The notes below the pieces were generated by a model, which was not told where the DNA came from, made no database searches, and worked only from the letters and a program-made list of their open reading frames with translations. From positions 9,150,874-9,214,873 of the forward strand of contig CAJINV010000005.1 of NCBI GenBank assembly GCA_905178155.1: DNA of 64,000 nucleotides. Reading direction: 5' to 3'. A program made the position numbers and the translations under genes. The stretch is from Amoebophrya sp. A120. Its lineage: Eukaryota > Protista > Dinoflagellata. This document shows, one piece after another, positions 1-13,312 of this stretch; position 1 is the first letter of the stretch, and each line of letters begins with the position of its first letter.

Positions 1-92
1 GCTACGGCATGCATCACAGACATCATGGCTCATGCAAAACGTGCGTGACAAGTCTCAGAATCTTCCAGACCCAGACATTTTTGCATTTGATG
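1..92. mobile_element. Introner-like element, family A (right part only)
   Basis: Ends CTTCCAGACCCAGACATTTTTGCATTTGATG; truncated by the window start. Confidence 0.85.
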
Positions 93-3000
93 CCGGATTC
101 TCCAGTCGCACGAGAGCAACGGTTTTGTCAAATTTCTCCAAGTGGTGCTGCTCACTATTGTGCCAAAGTCCTTGACCTGGATCACGCTCTGTAATAATTT
201 CGTCCCGATCTCGCTCGTCGTGCAACTGCAGCTCAACAGGCTGTTCCAAGTGCTCTTTCTGGTGAAGGATGACGAGTTCTTGAAGCTGTATGAAGGTGAC
301 TCTGTAGTAGAAAAGCCGAGGGCTGCCGTTGAGAACTACCCGAAAAGCCCCAGTACACCATCACCAGCTTATTTGCTGCCAACAGCCGATGGGGATGAAG
401 ACCAAATTCCTGTCGCGCTGCAGATTGAACCATCCGTGGATCAGACACGGGAAAGCGAAGCGGGTGTTCTATCAAATGTAAAAATGTCTGGGTCTGGAAG
501 GATACAACTTGTGATGCTAATTTTGGAATCTACATAAAAACTGTATTGCATGAACAGCAAAAGAGGTGTAATTTGTGCTAGGCGGAGAGGGCATTTCTCA
601 TGCGGTATGAGCATCAGAAAGCCCTCGCAAAATCTTCATGACAAACTCCTGCATTCTTCCAGACCCAGACATTTTGCAATCCATATGCTCTTGCAGTCAG
701 AGGACCACCTGAAGAACAACAACCTTTGCTGCGAAGTTTTCCTTTTGACGATCCAGATTTAAATCGGACTTCCCCGGCGTCTTCTACTGCGTCCCCAAGC
801 TCCAGTAGCTCAGGAATGACAGTCACTACAGGCTCAAATTCGGTGACAGGAGAAGTAGAAATAGGTGATATTTCCTCAACATCCCTCCGCGGCTTCGAAC
901 GTCCGCAAGTGAACCGTTCGAATTTACTGGAAGAATTGGGGCACATCACGCACATTGTCACGGATAAAACGGGAACTTTGACAAAGAACGAAATGTCGTT
1001 CCACTCGAGTTTTGGATTCGAGAGGGGAACAGAAGTGAGGAGTGGCGAGGAGTGCACTTTTGCGATGTTAACTGACACTGACCCACCGGTGGATGATCCT
1101 GCGTCTCCCGAGAGCAGCAGCAGCAGCGATTCTTCCTCCCTTTTCGCGACACTCTTGCCAAGCTATGCAAAAAACGCCAATAGCTTTTCCGGAGATCCCG
1201 CATCAGAGGAAAAACTCTCCATGTTCCTCGCCATGGCTTTGTGTCACACGTGTGAACGAGATTTGGAAACTGGGAATTTGTCGTCCGCCAGCCCAGAGGA
1301 GATTGCTTTGGTGGAAGCAGCGGAGAATTGTGTGGGGATAGAATTTCTCGCCGTGAGGGACACTGATATTTGTGCCGCTAGTTGTACAACTTCCACGTCG
1401 TCGTCAAGCTCTTCTTTACCTTCCTGTTTCACGTACGACGTACGCATACCGTTTATTCAGCCGGGCGTGTCTGGGTCTGACGATCATGGTGTTGAGCATG
1501 ACAACCTCGCGCCAGTCATCTCCTTCGAAATCGCAAAGGTTTTAGAGTTCAACTCCGACAGAAGACGAATGAGCATCGTCGTGAAAATTCCAGAGACGCT
1601 GCCAATACCGAAAAAGCCACCAGATAGGGCGGAGTCTCCAGTTGTGATTCTGAATGATGATACAAATGCAGCGGGCAGCGCCGACTCTGTAATGCCAGAC
1701 AGGCATGCGAGAGCAAATGAAGAGCTACCCGCGCAAAACAAGTACCCCGCGGACTATGTCCTTATCTGCAAGGGCGCTGACTCAGTTCTGATTGACGACC
1801 TCTCACTTACCTCCCGGAACGCAGATAAACAACGAGGACCTTGCGAGAAAACACAAAATTTGAAAAGGAAAATTAAAGAGTTGAGCGAAACGGGGCTCCG
1901 GACGTTGGTTTTTGGCTGGAAAAAGTTAGACGCGAAAGAAGTTGCCAGCCTGTTCTCCACGACAGGTTGTGAAGGCGATGATGCTACTGGCAGCACGACA
2001 GTAGATGCAGACCTGACAGCCACGACTACAGCGAGTTACACTTCTTGTTCATCTTCGTCGGCCTCTTCCCAGGCCAGAAGGGTCGAGTCTGCAGCACGAA
2101 AATCATCTTCAAAAACAACCGACGATCTGGAAAAAGATCTCCATCTCCTCTCCGCTGTCGCAATTGAGGACGCGTTGGCGAACCACGTCGCGGAAACCGT
2201 CGACGTGATAAAGAAAGCGGAAAAAATCAAGCTCTGGGTCTGCACCGGGGACAAACCGGAGACTGCCGTTGCGGTGGCAAAGAGCTGCCATATTGTGGAT
2301 GAGAGTATGGAGGTGTGGAACTTAAACGATGAATCCTCGCTGGAACTCCCTAACTCCGTTGATTGTTACGCTTCCTCTTTTTCAACGTATGCCGCGGTTG
2401 TGACGGGGGATAAGTTTTGTCAGATTATAGCCGGCGACAGCGACTCTATTTCTTTCTCTTCGGGTGAGAGTGAGATAAGAAAAAAAGCGGCACTGTTATC
2501 ACCTGCACCACCACCAGCAGTGGGGAAGAAACTACATGTAGCGCAAGCGGAAGTAGAACTCCTTCGTTCGGAAAAGAACGTAGAACCAGCTGCACATCGC
2601 AAGATCAACCAAGACCTGCAAAACTTCCTCCTAAACGCCACCGCCGTGATCATCTCAAGAGTTTCGCCGAAGCAAAAACGGGAAGTGGTTCGATTCTTGC
2701 AAGGCCGAAATATCAAGGGGAAGAAGGGGAAAACGAAGCTGAAGAACACCGTTTTAGCAATCGGCGACGGGGCAAATGACGCCGGGATGATAAAGGAAGC
2801 CACGGTTGGCATCGGGTTGTACGACTGTGCCCTGATGAAGAGCTTTGTTCAGGAGCAGGAAGATTCTTGTGCAGCTGCTGATGATGCAAATTATCTCAGT
2901 AACGCAACGGGAACTACGACAGCCACAAGTACCCGGCCCAAAAAGAACCCGGCGTTACAAACAGCTGCCGTCCGACAAGCGGATTTCGCCTGTGGTCACT

Positions 3001-5785
3001 TCGCGTGCTTGCAAAGGTTGATCTTCGTTCATGGGAGAGAAGCGCACCGGAGGAACGCGTTTTTTCTGCAATTTATGGTCTACAAGAACGTGATTTGCAC
3101 TGTTCCCTTCGTTATCAAATGCAAAAATGTAGTCTGTGTCTGGGAAACTCCGAGATTTGTGATGCAGTTTTTCCAAGCTCCCCCACGTCTGAAATGCAGG
3201 GCCTAGCATCACAGATTCTGCAGTTCCTTGGTGATGCGTATTCTGCATGAGAAATGCCCTCTCAGCATGGCCAGAAGTGGGCACCTTTTGCACGTTTATG
3301 CATCACCGATCTTTGTAGGATCCGAAACACGCATCACAAGTTCGGATCCTTCCAGACCCAGACATTTTTACATTTGATATTCGTGCTCTTCGGGTTCTTG
3401 AGCAACGAGGCGAGCGGGTATCCGTACGTGTACCCGTTTCTGTATCAAAGTGAAAACACCCCTCCCCATACTAATTCGGAGATTTGTGTAGCATGATTTG
3501 GGACCACAAATCATTTTGTCATGCTAGAAGGCAGAAGATGCGAACTGTAGTGCTGGCTGGCGTGGGAAGGCCTTGCATCTTCAGCATGACAGGAGGCAAC
3601 TGGAAGGGGGGGTCAGCATGACAAATTGGCCGCAACTAAGGCCGCAGCTGCGTCTCTTGGCCTCCTGGCAATACAAACCGACTTGTGTGATGCAAATCCA
3701 GCATCACAAATTTCATGTCCGATATGGGGAGGGGGGGCGTTTCTTCACGATATTCTGTATTCGATGTTCAACACGGTCTTTACCGGAGTTGGAGTTTTCG
3801 CCTTTGCCGTGTTCGACCACGAGGATTATGCAGCAGAAGCAGAACAGCATGACAGAAAGAATCGGAAATGCAGAAACAGCATGACAACTTCCACCCCTGC
3901 AACTTTCATCTCTTGGGACCAGAAACTCATATACAACTGCGATAAAACCTACAACAAATGTGTTCCAAGTTGCCACGCGAAAAACTACAAGCACACGCGG
4001 CGGGAAAGATATGCAAGAAAAAAGCTGTGTAAGTGTAAATCTGTGATGCAGAAAATGCAAAACAGTTACACTTGTCATGCGGGAAGTGCGTCATAGGCTA
4101 CTATCGTACACGTTTCCACGTACTAGCTGCGCATGACAGGTTTTCCCTGTAAAATGCAAAACGAATCTGTGATGCTGCTCTTCCTACAAAGTTACACTTA
4201 CACAATTTTTTTCCTTGATAGAAGAACCGGTTATATCAATCCGAAACTCCTTTCCACCTGGCTTTTACTATCAATTGTAAAAATGTCTGGGTCTGGAAGA
4301 ATCCAACTTGTCATGCTGATGTTGGATTATAAAAAAATCTGTATTGCATGAGCAGCAAAGGGAGTCCAAGTTTTGCTACACGGAAAGAGCATTTGTCATG
4401 CGGTATAGGCATCAGGAAGCCCTCACAAAATCTGTGATGCTAGGGCATGCATCACAGACATCAGGAGTCATGCAAAATGTGCATGACAAACCTGGCAATC
4501 TTCCAGACCCAGACATTTTTACATTTGATATTTCCTTGGTGTGTTCCATTCAGTAATAATCCACTTTTTGGTTTTCGAGATTGGTACCGTCGGGACGAGC
4601 AATTTCGTGTTACTGAACAACTGCGGCTTACTATCCCGTGTAAAAACGTCCCCACCCCAGAGTTTTCATGCAGATTTGCAATGACAAGAACATTTGTGAT
4701 GCGCAGCCCCATGACAGGAATTTTTTATCGTGGTTTGAAATTTGTAATGCTCGAAACAGGATCATGATTAGCTGGATTTGTAGTGCGGCTGTCCTTGCTA
4801 AGAACCTGCACTACGCTACGAGCTGCAACTTGTCATGCGTGACTCCCAAAGCTTCTGGGTTTGTGTTGCAAATAAATCCCCATGTTGGCTGCGGGGCTGG
4901 GACGTTTTTACTTGGGATACTTACTTGCGTTTGGTTTAATGATCCTCCTCGCGAACTTCACACTATCCAAGAAAAAAACACCATCACAATCACTTTTGCA
5001 CAGTTTTGCAATACAAAAATTTTTGTCATGCGCAAAACTGCATCACAGTCAAGAGTTATAGGCGATTTTTATCGCCTATAACTCTTGACTGTGATTTTGC
5101 AATACAAGAAAAATTTGTTATGCGAGACAAATTTCTGATGCGAAACTTCCCAAGTGTGATTGTGATGGTGTTTTTTTCTTGGATACACACTTCTCTTCTG
5201 CCACTACGGAAGCAAGGCGAACAACTGCAGATACTTGAACGGCTTTGTTCTATTCGGCTGCCTGTTCGGGTTTTTCCTCTACCTCCCGTTCTACGTTTCG
5301 CATCTAGAAACTGGGGGCGACGAGGTGAAGACGGTGGTTGGTATTGCAGACGTCTTTGCGGGACGGGCTATCCTATGTAAAAACGTCCCCACACCAGAGT
5401 CAAGTTGGGAATCTAGCAACACAAATCTCCAAGTTTTGGGAGCTGTGCATGACAAGCTTTCCTCTGCAGTGTGGGGCTTGTTGGCAAGGGTAGCCGCATG
5501 AGAAAGCCACTTTCTGATCTTGTTTACAGCGTTACAAATAATTCCAGAACGCGACTGGTAATGCCTCCCATGGAGGTGCGCATTACAAATGTTTCTGCAA
5601 TTGCAAATCTGCATGACAACTATGGGATGGAGACGTTTTTACACAGGATACGGGTTTCTTCTTGGTACGAACTGGTCTACGACCCATACGGAATTCTGCC
5701 GATGGCGGGGTCGACAGTAGTTGGAATTTTCTTACCGTTTATCTTGGTGTCGGGGCACAGGATGATGCGGGTTCCAGATCTGTAA
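1..5785 (+). CDS. P4-type ATPase (phospholipid flippase), 5' end outside the window; multi-exon
   Basis: Motifs NNFVPISL, LLEELGHITHIVTDKTGTLTKNEM (phosphorylation Asp), ASPEEIALV, FNSDRRRMS, CKGADS, GLRTLVF, AIEDAL, WVCTGDKPETA, SRVSPKQK, AIGDGAND, then C-terminal TM segments (YKNVICTVPFV-LFGF, YSMFNTVFTG..VFDHED). Frame is restored after removing 8 TIR elements plus one 5-bp repeat each; stop TAA at 5783-5785. Confidence 0.93.
470..685. mobile_element. Introner-like element, family A (short, 216 bp)
   Basis: TATCAAATGTAAAAATGTCTGGGTCTGGAAG...CTTCCAGACCCAGACATTTTGCAATCCATA; flanks TGTTC/TGCTC; removing 216+5 nt joins ORF 142 to ORF 726 in frame. Confidence 0.88.
3113..3379. mobile_element. 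Introner-like element, family A
   Basis: Family A TIRs; direct repeat TTCGT/TTCGT; removal gives VPFV-LFGF. Confidence 0.92.
3443..3752. mobile_element. Introner-like element, family B
   Basis: TATCAAAGTGAAAACACCCCTCCCCATA...TATGGGGAGGGGGGGCGTTTCTTCACGATA; repeat TTCTG/TTCTG. Confidence 0.9.
4010..4220. mobile_element. Introner-like element, family C
   Basis: TATGCAAGAAAAAAGCTGTGTAAGTGTAA...TTACACTTACACAATTTTTTTCCTTGATA; flanks AAAGA/GAAGA. Confidence 0.87.
4269..4530. mobile_element. Introner-like element, family A
   Basis: Family A TIRs; flanks TTTAC/TTTCC; near-identical to 57658-57919. Confidence 0.92.
4632..4919. mobile_element. Introner-like element, family D
   Basis: TATCCCGTGTAAAAACGTCCCCACCCC...GGGGCTGGGACGTTTTTACTTGGGATA; repeat CTTAC/CTTAC. 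Confidence 0.92.
4964..5185. mobile_element. Introner-like element, family E
   Basis: Perfect TIR TATCCAAGAAAAAAACACCATCACAATCAC / GTGATTGTGATGGTGTTTTTTTCTTGGATA; repeat CACAC/CACAC. Confidence 0.92.
5369..5650. mobile_element. Introner-like element, family D (opposite orientation to 4632)
   Basis: TATCCTATGTAAAAACGTCCCC...GACGTTTTTACACAGGATA; flanks CGGGC/CGGGT. Confidence 0.9.
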
Positions 5786-6629
5786 AGATCAGATTGTGAA
5801 ATAGAAGCCGGCTTTTATTGCTTTACAGGTCGTGATGAAAAAAATTCTGTACTTTTTCAGTAGTCAAATGTATCAAATTTTGTTTTTTATTTGTGAGTTT
5901 CTCACTCACGACGGGCTTCCGTGCAAGCCAGAATCAAATGTACGTCTTCTACAGCTGCCGCCATACAACGGGCAGTCTAGAAAGATCCACAAAATAAATG
6001 CACGGCTGTGGTCTCCTGGAATATGACTTGTCGAAGCCACCTTCTCCTCAATGTATGTATGTCAAATATTTTGACACCAATATTATTCATTGTAGGCACA
6101 ACTACTGCATCAATCATCGCTCCTTGCTCTCATGCGACACTAATGAATACTTTGAACAGCAACAATGAACAAGAGTCCGCGCATAACGCTGCGAAGACGT
6201 TTTTCAAACAACTCTACTTACAATAACGAAAGCAAAGTACAACAACTTTCAACGGCGACAACGTCTGTGGTGCTATTCTTGCTTGCAACGTCAGACGTTG
6301 TAAGTACTAGAGCAGGCGTTTATTTTCTTTTGCGGGCCTCGATGCTGCCTGGCAAATCTGTGTAACATCAAATGCTACGAGCGAAGTTCTCCACTTTTTT
6401 GAGTGACGTGTGCAGTACTGTCGGTTGTTTTTTTCAAGCGATTTACACTCCAACCGAATCCGATAAACAACTCTTTCTCTTTTTGAAACAAATCTACTGT
6501 AGCTTCGATTTCTCCAATTACTTCTTGTTTCTGGAAAATGTAAGGAGGTTCTGTGCGACGTCCAGTGGTGGAAAGAACGACGGAAACGACCACAGGAAAA
6601 GGCAGCAATCCACTGCTACACAAGCTCGC

Positions 6630-9600
6630 ATGAGCAGTTTTACTCAACCTACGACCGGCAACAAACCAAGCTCTAGCCACAGCATTTCCACCGGAGACGA
6701 GAAGACCCGCAACCACTTGCTAGTACACCAACAAGGAGATCTTCGGGAGCAATTCAACAGACCGTTTACGAAAAATCCTTCCAGTAAAGAACAGCTCCTG
6801 CTCTCCTGCCCCGACTCCCCGGAAACCGACGAATCCGTGAGCATCATGGCGGATAACACACCCAAAACTCCCACCCAGGCCTGGACGGCCCCACCGAAAA
6901 CAATATCTCGTGCAAAAGTATCGTACTCGTATTAGTTGCACACATGCATGACAAATCTCTTTCCTAAGGCAAAATAGCATTACAAATTTCATTTGTTATG
7001 CTGAGCTAATTTGTCATGCGATTTATACGAGTACGATACTTTTGCAATGCATAAACAAGTGCCGGAAAGAATATTGAACCGAGTTCCGCGGCAAGCTCTA
7101 ACATCGTCTACAATGACGAACGATATTCGCCGAACGCCACGACAAACAACAACCAAAAATCGTCCCAGAAATCAACCCCCTCCGGCTATGGGAATGATGA
7201 CATGATCCGCTCCTCTAGTTCTGTCCGCTACCGACAGGGCGGGCACCCGAGGTTGTTCGAAAACATTGGGAGGACGCATGGACAATCGGTCGATGGGTTG
7301 TTAACGGATTTTTACCAAATAACGATGGCCTATGCGTATTGGAAAGCGGGGAAGCACGAACAAAGGGCGGTTTTTGACGCCTATTTCCGCAAGTGCCCGT
7401 TCAAGGGGGAGTACTGCATTTGCGCAGGTATAATTTTTGTGGTTGATAAGATAATTGAAATTTGTCTTGCAGTCGTGTGTCCAGGAGAGATGCAGTTTGT
7501 CATGCTAATACTTGAGTACAAACAAATGAAAAGGTATCAACGAGACCGTCCGCTTCCTGAACACTTTCGGCTACAGCGACAAGCAAATTGACTACCTGAA
7601 AATCCAAATGCCCACGGCGCAACCGGAGTTCTTCGACTATTTAGCACAGCTCGACGCCTCGGAATTGACGGTGATGGGGATGCGAGAAGGGGAAATCGTG
7701 TTCCCGAACCAACCTTTATTAAGGTTAGAAGGGCCATTAATCGTCTGCCAACTGCTGGAAACGACTGTTTTGAACCTTCTCAACTACCCTTCCCTAATCG
7801 CCACCAACGCGGCCCGGTACTATCAAAGGCAAATATGTCTGGGTCTGGAAGACTGCAAGTTTGTCATGCTTGTCTGGCATGACTCTCAAATCTGTGTTGC
7901 GTGAGCACGAAGAGGCTCTCTTGCATGTCGTGCAAAAACGCAGTTTGTCATGCGGAATACGCAACACCTAGCAGCCCAAAAAGTTGTCATGCTTGGCTGC
8001 GTATTGCATTGCGAATATCATTCATTTTTAGCATTACAAGTTTCGAGACCCAGACATATTTGCAGTCCATAGGTACCGGCAGGCGGCCACTTCTGGTGTC
8101 ACGGCGAGTCAAGCGTATGCAATGCAAAAGTATCGTACTTTAGTATAAACCGCATTACAAATTTCCTTAGCATGAGAAATGAAATTTGTAGTGCGGATTT
8201 ACCACAAGAAAAAGATTTGTAATGCATGACTGCAATTGCTACGAGTGCGATACTTTTGCAATGCATAAAGTGGGGCAGACGCCAAGTGCGCGGGCTTCCA
8301 TGAGCCAAAGATCGCCGAACGAGCGGGTGAATACGTCAAATGCACCGATGGGGAACGCGCCGGTGTTGATCGAGATGGGTTGTCGCCGGGCGCAAGGGCC
8401 GGACGGGGCTTTGTCCGCCGCACGATACAGCTATTTGGGCGGGTTTGACGCGACATCAAATGTGAAGGCGGGACACGTTTTTGACGTGCCGATTAAGGGG
8501 ACCCACGCGCACGCGTTTGTGACGTCGTTTAACAGTTTAGACGAAGTGAAGAGGATAAACTGCGGAAAATTGGGGGACAAGTTTGTCAGCGATGTGCTCA
8601 GCTACAGACCAAAGGTACTTACAACAACTCTATGCGATTTTGCTTACATGTAGTTGTTGAATTGAGCACAGGTTTTTGCACCGTTACTTCTATACGTTGA
8701 ATTAGCTTTCAGCAATAGCTGGGAGCTTCTACTGGTGAGGACGACAACACTCTTCTCTTTTATCTACACGCTCTATCTTTACATTTAAAACACAAAACAG
8801 ATCGCACCGCAGTCGAACGATGGCGAGTTAGCGGCTTTTGTCAGTTACGCAACGTCCTTTCCAGACACTTTTCTCGCTTTGGTCGACACCTACGACACTC
8901 TGATTTCGGGCATCCCAAATTTCCTCTGCGTCGCATTGGCGTTATTGGACCGGGGGCATAAATATGCATTGCAAAAATGTCTGCGTCTGGAAGATTGCAA
9001 CTTGTCATGCTAAATCCGAATCATGCAAAAATCTGTGTTGCATGAGTGCCAAAAGCTTTTCACTTTTGACCTAATCGAGAGGCAGTTTCTCATGCAGGAT
9101 AGGCATGATAGAGGTCGCACGAAATCTGTTATGCTAGGTCGTGTATGACAGACCTCGCGCGTCATGGAAAACCTGCATGACAAGTCTTGCAACCTTCCAG
9201 ACCCAGACATTTTTACATTTGATAATAAACCAGTTGGTGTCCGGTTGGACAGCGGCGATCTGGCTTACTTGAGTACTGTTTGCGATATATTTGAGACTTC
9301 TTTGTCATGCTAGATTTGAAAAAGGGAACACGAGATGATGAAACTTGTCATGCAGGAAAGGCACTCGACGAAAATATAAATAGGTACTTAAATTTCATTA
9401 TATCAGGTAAAGAAGCGAAGGAAATGTTTCGCGAGTGCTCGGATGGCCCGCATTGCAAAACCGTCGAAGTCCAAGAAGCATTACTAACTTTGAAGGTCTG
9501 CGCATCAAATGATATCAACGAAGTGACACTTCAATCCCTAAACGAGCAGGGGCACGGGATTGATATCTACGGAATCGGAACAAACCTTGTTACCTGCCAA

Positions 9601-10471
9601 GCGCAACCGGCGTTGGGAATGGTATCGAATGTTGTGATGAAGCATGACAAAAAATGTAGTCGATGTTCTGCATCTTTATATGAGGTGGATTTTGTAATGC
9701 AACTCTTGATGTTCTTTCATCGATCGTCCAGGTCCTTGTGGTGTCAGAATCACCTTGTTTGAAAGGTCGTTCTGCAATACAAATTTCCTCCACGACTTTC
9801 CAGGTCTACAAGCTCGTGGAACTGGACGGCGATCCGCGAATGAAGCTTTCCCAGGAGTTTAGCAAAGTGTCCGTCCCGAGTAAGAAAAAGGTGTACCGAC
9901 TGTACAACAGTAAAGAGGAGCCGCTGATTATCGTACGAAAAAAGTGTTACAGTTACACATTTGTTGGCAAAAATTCAGCAACACAAATTTCTCTGCATGA
10001 AAGAAAAAACTTGTAATGCGCGGACTACAAGGGAAAGCACGAATGAAATGAGACTGGCAAGCATTTCCTACATGACAGAGGTTGTCTGTCTTGCTTGTCT
10101 TCCATTAGAGTGTGTAACTGTAAGACTTTTTTCTCAGGATACTGATCGACCTGATGCAGCGCGAGTCCGAGGCCCCACCCAAAGCTGGGGACCGGATTTT
10201 CTGTCGGCATTTGTTCGAGGAGACAAAGCGGTGCTACGTGACACCCACCCGGGTGGAGGAGTTGTTGCACGAAGTGTGGGGAAGAACCCCCTGCGTGCCA
10301 ATGACGTTGGACGAAGCGAGGGAATTTTCGATGAACCGATTAGCCAGGTTTAGACCGGACATCTTGCGGCCGCTGAACCCCACGCAGTACAAGTTAGCGG
10401 TGTCGGACCCGTTTTTCGGGTTTTTCAAGCAGATGTGGCAGAAGTCCGCGCCGATCAAGGAGCTGACGTGA
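6630..10471 (+). CDS. NAPRT: Nicotinate phosphoribosyltransferase with a long low-complexity N-terminal extension
   Basis: [116 protein letters not shown]. Five TIR introns plus GT-AG introns at 7428-7533, 8615-8800, 9273-9406 and 9622-9803. The start codon is uncertain. Confidence 0.95.
6904..7053. mobile_element. Introner-like element, family F
   Basis: TATCTCGTGCAAAAGTATCGTACTCGTA...TACGAGTACGATACTTTTGCAATGCATA; repeat AACAA/AACAA. Confidence 0.92.
7821..8071. mobile_element. Introner-like element, family A
   Basis: Family A TIRs; repeat GGTAC/GGTAC (one of the few copies where a GT-AG register exists). Confidence 0.9.
8116..8267. mobile_element. Introner-like element, family F (opposite orientation to 6904)
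   Basis: TATGCAATGCAAAAGTATCG...CGATACTTTTGCAATGCATA; flanks AAGCG/AAGTG. Confidence 0.9.
8963..9224. mobile_element. Introner-like element, family A
   Basis: Repeat ATAAA/ATAAA; removal gives [13 protein letters not shown]. Confidence 0.93.
9929..10141. mobile_element. Introner-like element, family C
   Basis: TATCGTACGAAAAAAGTGTTACAGTTACAC...GTGTAACTGTAAGACTTTTTTCTCAGGATA; repeat CTGAT/CTGAT; removal gives PLI-DLMQ. Confidence 0.9.
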
Positions 10472-11219
10472 CTTTAGTAGAGTGGGGCTCTCTTGAATTT
10501 GGTGGTGTCGCGCAGGCAGGTGTAGAGCGGAAAGTTGAAATTTTAAGTCGAAGTGTAGTAGCTACCGTTCTTTCAACATCTAGTGCCTATTGCTTTCACC
10601 TCCGACGTAACGCTGTGACTTTTACTGAAATTTTTACAAACGCAAGCGAGCAAGGCAGCGCGCTGAGGACGGGCGTGCACCTGCTCCTTCTTCTAGTAGA
10701 GAAAGAAACAAAGTATTCAACAACCAGTACAAGTCTATATGAATGAAAGAGAAAGACCTATGTTGCTAACGCAGTAGAAAAAAGTGACGTGATTACAGTA
10801 AGGTAGTTTCACCTCGGCTTTTTCCTGCATTTATTTCGCGCAAACAATTCGACAGCACACGCTAGCAGCTGTCCTCATACTTACACTTACACTTACTCCA
10901 CCTGAAAATGCTTTATGGATTCTTCTCGGCTTCCATATTCTACAACGGAGGTAGAAAGCTCCATTTTGCAGAATCCGAATTCATCTTGATGAACCTATTC
11001 ACAAAATGAGCACCGTGATTTCTTCTGTTCTTGAAAAAAATCAAAATGATCTTCATAAGCGGAAGACGAATAGAAGGAAAAGAACAGAGCAGCAAGTAGT
11101 TGCAGGCATGGTTGGCTATGTCTTTGGAAAAAAAGTGTGGGTGTTCCACTGTGGGCTGGGTGTAGCATTAATAATTTTCCGCCGAGCAGGAATTATTTCT
11201 GTCAAAGAACAGGAAGAAC

Positions 11220-13120
11220 GTGCCGCCTACGGCGCTGCCCTCCTGGCATGGACGCCGGGGCGGGCGCCACATTGCCGCGGCGGCCTGCGCAGATCTGTAG
11301 CCGCGTGGGGCGCAGAAAACGCCGCAACCCGCGCGGCGCAAGTCAGCGCGCCCCGGGCGCCGGGGGCTTGTTGCGCATTCGGGGCGCGCGTTCCCCTTCG
11401 CGACAGCTCCCAGCGTGCGCGGGCCCCAACAACAACGCGGACGAAGCCCGGCCGCCCGAGCGTATGCGGAGCGGAGCCACTTCCAGCCGGGCGACGGGCG
11501 TGAAGCCGCGGCGTATGGCAGAATTTTTGCGAGAACGCGCAGCGCGCCAAGTGTCACGCTGCGGCTTGCAAAATTGGCGCGCGGGGACGCAAACAGAAAC
11601 CCAAGCAGCCAGGGCGCGCCTTACTAAAGCGGGCGGCCGGTCTGGGGCGCGGCGGGCCATTCCACTCCCTAGAGGGCCCCCTGTGTGGATGCGCGGGCCG
11701 ACGCCGGGTTTTGGTGCCCGGGCGGGCATGATATGCCTGCGCAGGTGGGCCGGCCCGGGCTTGTCCGTCTGCCCGGGCGGACCCACGCCGATGCAAGACC
11801 CGGGCCGACGAATGCGAAAACCCCTGGGAGAAGCAGGCGGCAGAAGAGGAGGAAGAGCGAAGGAGACGGGGGCGCGCAGGTGGTGCGCAGCTGCGCCATT
11901 TGCGCGGCGCCCATCGCCCCCGTGCCCGCGCCCTGTACCGCCGCCGCCCTGACCGAAGGGCACGCCGAGGCGGCAGGTGGTGGCCTCTGCGCCCGTGTGC
12001 ATATTGACCGGGAAACTGTGCCGGGGTGCATAGTGCCACCGTCAGCCGTCTGCCCGAAGCCTGGGGCAGCGGTCGCCATTTGCGGCGCGGTTTGCGAGCA
12101 CTCCGGGGAACTGTGGAGCCGGTGGCGCACTGCTTTTTTTTTGACGTTGCTGCGGCACTTACCTTGGGGCTCTCGGCTAGAGAAGCGGGCCGCCGCCGCG
12201 GCGGACCGCCGCGCGGAAGCAACGAAATCGGCCTGCCCAGGTTTGGAAGCCCCCCGGGGGCTTCCGCGCGAGGCGGCGGCCGGCAACGGGGCGGAGCTTG
12301 CGCAAATTCTGCCACACCCGAGCAGACGGCCGCTGGGCACGAACCAGGCGGGCGGGCAGAAGGCAGGGCGGGGGGCGGGTCGTCGACTGCTGCAGATATC
12401 GCCCGCCTGGGGCAGAGTGTGGAACTGAGCACCCGTGCGATGGAACGGGTCCGCGAATTGAAGCAGTTGAATGCGGGGCGCAGCCGTTCGCGGGGCCCGC
12501 CCGGCCCGGGCGGGGCGCGGCGGGGGGCAGGGCGGGGGCCCGCCGCGAGGGAGGCCGCCCGACCTGCTTGCCGCGGGAATGTTGCGGGGCTGGGAATCAA
12601 AGCGGAGGACGGCGATGGGCCAGCCTTGAAAAGCCTGACAGCGAACAGCATGCGGCGCGCGCCCCCAGAGCTAATCGTGGATATCGGTGGGACTCATCGC
12701 GGCCCCGGCTTTTCTGTTTCTCCAGTTCGGCCCCAGCGGGGGGGGCGGCCCTGCACGCAGGGCCGCCCCCCCGCCCGCGGCTAATTTTCTCCCAGCTCGC
12801 ACCGCCGGCCCGCCTTGCCGGCCGTCGCGCCCGGGGCTGCGGCTCCTCCGGAGCTGGTGCGGCTCCAGCCTCGCGCCGTGTGGGGCCCATTGTGTCTCCC
12901 AGCTCTATCAGTGTAGCAACCTGTGGCCGCCAGGCCCCTGCGTGGGTGCTTGGGCCTGCACTTTGGCGCCCCCGCGCCAAATTGTGGCGCAGGTGCGTTC
13001 GAAGCCACCCGCAGCGCTGCACATGCCTCAGGCACAGTACTCGCCGGGGCGCCGGCTTTTGTTTTGTTGCTGTGCGTCGACGCACCTCCACCCAGCTTGC
13101 GCGGCGTGGCGCGTGCAATA
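11220..13120. other. GC-rich intergenic island
   Basis: Abrupt rise in G/C runs and CpG/GpC; stop-poor in all frames; peptides are only R/A/G/P-rich. Confidence 0.7.
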
Positions 13121-13312
13121 AATTGAAGCGCGTTCATCTGGATCTGCTCCTTTTGTGGGTCGGTGACGTAGAATCCTTGACCCCCGTGTTCCCTCTGCCG
13201 GAGTGCGCCATTTCGCACGTCTTTCCAGAGAGTAAAAGGCCATCCTCCATTGAAGCCTCTATGTAAAAAATCCCGACTCCACCGTGCGACAGCAAAAATC
13301 GTTCAAGACAAG

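Noticed and set aside
11137-13266. Long overlapping ORFs in the GC islands (also 17.1-19.1, 44-45.2, 46.4-47.1 and 52.1-53.9 kb)
   Set aside because: Open in most frames because high GC depletes stop codons; R/A/G/P-rich peptides with no domains.
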